Shown piece by piece: positions 58,948-64,000 of a stretch of DNA of 64,000 nucleotides. The position numbers were made by a program, and so were the translations under genes. Under the pieces are notes generated by a model. It did not search any database and had not been told where the DNA came from. It saw only the letters and a program-made list of their open reading frames with translations. Origin of the DNA: Octopus sinensis (lineage: Eukaryota); the NCBI RefSeq assembly GCF_006345805.1, contig NC_043009.1, positions 8,680,001-8,744,000 on the forward strand, given 5' to 3'. The stretch's first letter is position 1, and every line of letters begins with the position of its first letter.

Positions 58948-60005
58948 ACATTTCTTTACTTACCTTCTGTTTATTTTGTTTTTGTTGTTGTTCTTTCATT
59001 GTTGTTATTGTGTGTTAGAAGTACAGTGGTTGTAAGAGTTAAGATACTGGATTTACTGACCATGTGGCCATGTGGAACATAGCCCCTGGCTACATTGGAC
59101 AAGTGCACATCATTGCTCAACCTGCTAAATAACAGTAAAATCACCAACGATTACATATAGTAGTCCTTGGTTTTAAAAATGTTGAGCTGGTCGTGTCTTG
59201 AATGACTTGGTGTCAAACAATAACAACAAGAGCAGCAACAACACTTTTCCACTTTTACCTTACAGCTCGGTGATTAGTAATCCAATGAAACAATTGAAGA
59301 AGTGAAATTGAACCAGTGTATGTGTTTATTATTGGCATAATGACCCCCCCAAGATAGAACAAAATAAACATATCAAGCTGTGTGTAAAGAAAACTACTCT
59401 AACAACATACAAAGGATAGGAAATTTTTCTTTTTAGCCCCATTCCACCCATACTGACATGGTAAGAGTGACATAGAAGAGCTTGGTATGAGGGGAGATAG
59501 TGAGAGGGAAGAGGAGTGGCAGAATTTGTTACAGGATCCAGGTCAGTTGAAATGGCAGGGAGTGGTGTAAAGGGCCAGGAGAGGTGGGAGACGGGAGAAT
59601 GCCATGTCAACATATAGCCTGAAGAACACACATCCACACACACAAAGGAACATTGTGCAGAAGAATGCAAAGAATGTAGAATACTAGAGATTTTAATTGA
59701 AAATCAACATTGTTCTAGGATAGTACTATAGATGTTATCTTATAAATATGCATCATCACTGCAACAAATAGATTATAAAAAGATATTGTTTACGATTTGC
59801 CTTTTTTTTTTTTTTGGCCTGCATGATCGTTTTTTTATGCTTCTTATCCTCCCTCCTCACTACTTGCATGTTTATGTAATCTTAAAGTCTGATTGTAGTT
59901 GCCGAGATATGGTTGGCTTCAGTCTAATGTCTAGTAAAGTGTTGTTACTTTGTAGAATCCAGCATTAGATTGTTGTCATGTGAATTTGTACATATCTGTG
60001 TTTAA

Positions 60006-60226
60006 CCCTTTCATTACTGTATTTATTTTGAGATACTCTGTGTTTCTTTCAATTATTTTAAATATAACAAAGAATTTAGTAAAATAACTTAGTTATCATT
60101 AAACAAGTGTTAGGAACATAAATTGCGACTAAGGTTTGGTGGTATATTTTAATGCAAAACTTATGAAAACAAGATATTTGTACAACAGAGCCAGAGCCGG
60201 TTTTGGCCGGGTTGGTAACGAAAGGG
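60006..60226. mobile_element. piggyBac-type MITE, family 1 (second copy)
   Basis: TTAA|ccctttcattac ... gtaacgaaaggg|TTAA; colinear with 25064-25284. Confidence 0.8.
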
Positions 60227-60370
60227 TTAAGGGCACACGAAACCTCTTTCCTCTACCCATTCAATATCTCTATGAACCTTAAAGTGCTGTTATCTTACAG
60301 AATTCAATATTCATGTCATGTAAACTTATGTGTTTATGTTTAAGGGTCAACAAGTTCTCTTTCCTTTATC

Positions 60371-60451
60371 CCCACAGTAATCCAGTTAAATATTGTCCCC
60401 ACCGTACTCCAGTTAAATGTTGTCCCTACAGTAACCCAGTTAAATGTTGTT
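60371..60451. repeat. Minisatellite, 27 bp x 3
   Basis: cccacagtaatccagttaaatattgtc and two variants. Confidence 0.9.
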
Positions 60452-60796
60452 ACCTTAAAGAATATAATATTTTTGTGTTATGTGAACTTATGTTTGTGTT
60501 TAAGAAGCAATGAAACTTCTTTCATCTCCATCACTCTACATTCTCACTGTATTCTAGTAATATTGTTGTTATTGAACACTGATCAGTATTAGACCCATTC
60601 TAGCATACACACACACACACACACATGTCGGAGACCTGCAAAAGGCACCCAATTCACTCTGTAAAGTGGTTGGCATTAGGAAAGCCATAAAAACTGAGCC
60701 AAAACAGAAGACTGGAACCTGGTGCAGCTCTCTGGCTTACCAGTCCCAGTAAAACCATTTAACCCATGCTAGTATGGAAAATGGATGCATGATGAT

Positions 60797-60896
60797 GGTG
60801 GTGGTGGTGGTGGTGGTGGTGGTGGTGGTGGTGGTGGTGTGGTGGTGGTGGTGGTGGTGGTGGTGGTGGTGGTGGTGGTGGTGGTGGTGGTGGTGG
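60797..60896. repeat. (GGT)n microsatellite
   Basis: Direct inspection; continues directly from the (GAT)n tail of a type C retroposon. Confidence 0.95.
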
Positions 60897-63087
60897 CAGT
60901 GACAACAACAATGATGACACATATATGTACACACAAGCTCACAACAAACTGTTACCATATAAATTACAAAAGAGTGAAATAAATTTTACGGATTGAGAAA
61001 GAAGAGATGTCTCAGTGTTTTGAGTGGTTGGAAAGATACAAGGAGCAGAGTACAGGTGAGAAATGGTGTTAATAGCCTGGAAGCTGTAAATAGAGAAGGA
61101 AATACAGTATGAGGGATGAGTTAGTAGAGTGTATGATAGGATCATGGTTAATAGAAATGGTAGGGAGGTGGTGAGGGTCCTGGGAGGAGAAAGGAGATGG
61201 TAGTCACAGATTATTATACATTTCTGCCAATCCCTACTCTGGGTTATTTTGTTGTTATAATTCTTACCAGTCCATACATTTTTTACATTTAGTCTGACCC
61301 TGCCTTCCTTGACCCCTTTCAACTCTCATTCCTCTGCTAAGCTCCCTATCTTATCTGCATTCTTCTGCACAATGTATGTTTGTGTGTGTGAATAGGTATC
61401 CTTCAGGTTATATGTTGTCTTGGTATTCTCCATTCTCCCGCCTCTCATGGCCCTTTTCCACCACTCCCTGTCATTTCAACTGACCTAGATCCTGTAACAA
61501 ACTCTGCCACTCCTCTTCCCTCTCACCATCTCTCCTCATACCAAGCTCTCCATGTCACTCCTTCTTTATTTACTTCTCCATTGTCAGTTTTAAACCTAAC
61601 CAGCAATACTTCAAAAAAAGAAAATAAGAGCTTGTGCTCAAAATGTTAGACCTCTTCCTCACAACATAAAAGTTAATCCATTGTTTTTATTATTGTTATT
61701 ATTATTATTATTATTAAGGCAATGAGCTGATAAAATTGTTAGCACACTGAACAAAATGCTTACTGGTATTTTGTCTGTCTTTGCTACTGAGGTTGACTCT
61801 ACCTTTCATCCTTTCAGGGTCAATAAAATAAATATCAGTTGAACACTGGGGTTGATGTAATCAACTCATCCCCTCCCCCAAAATTGCTGCTTTTGTAGCA
61901 ACATTTGCAACCACTATTTTTATTATTATTATTATTAAGGTCCATTGTAAAGTGGTTGGTGTTAGGAAGGAACCTTGCCAAAGCAGACAGTAGAGCTTGG
62001 CGCAGTCTTCTGGTTTACTGGCTCTTGTCAAATTATCCAACTCATGCTTGCATAGAAGACAGACATTAAATGATGATGATAAGGTTATAAGATATCAGAA
62101 TCGTTAAGCTTTGTAGCATTTCTTCCAGCTCTTTATATTCTGAGTTCAAATTCTGTCAAGACTGACTCAGCCTTTTATCCTTTTGAGTCAATAAACACCG
62201 AGACTTCCCCCTCCTTGCTAGCCTTGTGTCTATAGCAAAAAGAATTATTTGCTTTAGTTTCTGCTGATTGGAACATCACTAGCTTCCTCGGATTCTACTG
62301 ATGTACTTCAGGATATAACATAATACATACCTACATGTGTTGTAGTTTTAAAAAATTAAGTTGCATATTTAAGCATATTATATTTTAATACTCAACAACC
62401 ATCAAAAGCTTTATCTTTGTGTAGTTTATCAAAAGGCAAACCAGCCTGTCCTCCCCTGGATCCATTACTTTATCCAGAAATCATAGACATGAGGAATTAA
62501 TTGAGTGAAATATTAACAACACAATCAGAAATTGAACCTCAAACTCAGTTTGCTGAGAGCTTGTTAACCACTCCACCATTCTCAGTCATATTAATTGATT
62601 AATATAAATATGAATTAATGTGTAATCAATATCTCATCTATTTTGTTTGAGGCAAGAAGCTATTGTGTAGAACATGTAGTTTCTGCTAGTACTCTTTGTT
62701 ATGTGCTTTCACTAGAACTGTTTCATTCTGTGCTAGTTGATGTCGCCTTCATTATTATACTCTAGCAACATTAAGCAGCTGATACGCTTGTCCTTGTATA
62801 TAATCTGTCAACGTATTTTTTCCTTTCTGTAACAAGTATCGTTTGCAACATTGCTATTGTAGTGTGACATTCAAATGAAAATGTTCTTAATCATAAATGA
62901 GAGAATGTTAAGTTGTTGAATAGGTCTTTCTTTTATATATATATATATATATATATAATAATTATTTGAGGGAATATTAATCCAAACTTACAGGGGAAAA
63001 AAATTCAATTTAGAAATACTAAATCAAATTTCACTCAATATAATATATATATATATATAAAATTAGAAAAAAAAACACCTTTTATCC

Positions 63088-63323
63088 ATTCAAAATGAAC
63101 AATTAAATTACACCATCTAGAAAATTACATATAATAGAAATATTAAAATAACAATAAAATATCAATAATTAAGTAAATTGCAAAAAAAATAATAATAATA
63201 AAAATAATAAATATTAAATTATTATAATTTACTTAATTATTGATATTTTATTGTTATTTTAATTTTAATATTTCTGTTATATGTAATTTTCTAGATGGTG
63301 TAATTTAATTGTTCATTTTGAAT
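63088..63323. repeat. AT-rich inverted repeat with about 90-bp arms
   Basis: attcaaaatgaacaattaaattacaccatctagaaaattacatata... pairs with ...tatatgtaattttctagatggtgtaatttaattgttcattttgaat. Confidence 0.85.
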
Positions 63324-63559
63324 TTTTCTAATTCATATATATATATATATATATATATTTATTATATAGAAGGAGCTTCTACAGGACTAGTACTGTTTCA
63401 TTCAAGAGAAATCTTCAGGAAGCTATTTAACAAGAATTGTATTAGCATTTATACATTTAGGCAGGTTTAAAGGAGTGGTGGTGGGGGACTTTTTTGGGGG
63501 TAGGCAGAGCGCAAAATATCATACTTGGGGGAGTGGTCAAGGAGTCAGTGGTAAGTTAG

Positions 63560-63665
63560 ATGAAAGAATAGATAAATAAAAAAATAAAATAAAAAATAAA
63601 AAATAAAAAATAAAAAATAAAAATAAAAAAAAAAATAAAAAATAAAAAAAAAAAAAAAATAAAAA

Positions 63666-63698
<33 letters not shown>

Positions 63699-63785
63699 AA
63701 ATGGTGTGCACATACATACATAAACACATATACATACACACACACATACGTACACATGTGTGCCTATACATACCTACACATACAC

Positions 63786-63872
<87 letters not shown>
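63560..63872. repeat. (A5-6T)n poly-A-like tract followed by (CA)/(TA)n
   Basis: Direct inspection. Confidence 0.9.
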
Positions 63873-63874
<2 letters not shown>

Positions 63875-64000
63875 ATCAAATACAGGCCCATTCCCTAATT
63901 TTAATTTTATTATCTTCATTTATTACTTTTGTTATCTTTGATCGCTAGGGCTAAGGATCCTGGCGATGGCAGCATGTCCATTGTCTGTCTACTAGAAGGC

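Noticed and set aside
60378-60513. Phase 2 ORF after a good-looking acceptor (SNPVKYCPHRTPVKCC...)
   Set aside because: Explained by the 27-bp minisatellite; no receptor-tail features.
62425-62500. Pro-rich phase 2 frame (SLSKGKPACPPLDPLLYPEII) resembling Box1
   Set aside because: Weak acceptor, and it appears to run into a decayed minus-strand SINE; no donor support.

Overview
AT-rich, microsatellite- and transposon-dense eukaryotic genomic DNA. The SINE families and repeat style look like an Octopus (coleoid cephalopod) genome; this is my recognition, not a database result. One protein-coding gene could be assembled by hand on the + strand. Ten exons (14836-45337, 1557 nt, about 519 codons, all phases compatible) encode the cytokine-binding module, three more fibronectin type III domains and the transmembrane helix of a tall class I cytokine receptor (gp130/IL6ST/Domeless-like, JAK-STAT pathway). 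The gene keeps the classic 2-1-0-1 intron phases, and one intron has to be GC-AG to hold the frame. The N-terminal and cytoplasmic exons were not located with confidence. The rest of the window is intronic or flanking and contains: at least three tRNA-derived SINE families; RTE-type LINE fragments and their (GAT)n-tailed 3' ends; an internally deleted piggyBac with two MITE families; hAT, Tc1/mariner and Tigger derivatives; non-autonomous Helitrons; and Penelope-like repeats carrying minimal hammerhead-ribozyme motifs, often as long inverted repeats. Most ORFs in the supplied track are microsatellite artefacts. The best leads are the receptor and possible decoy isoforms, the hammerhead motifs, a SINE that shares its tail with a neighbouring LINE, and a Helitron-SINE chimera.
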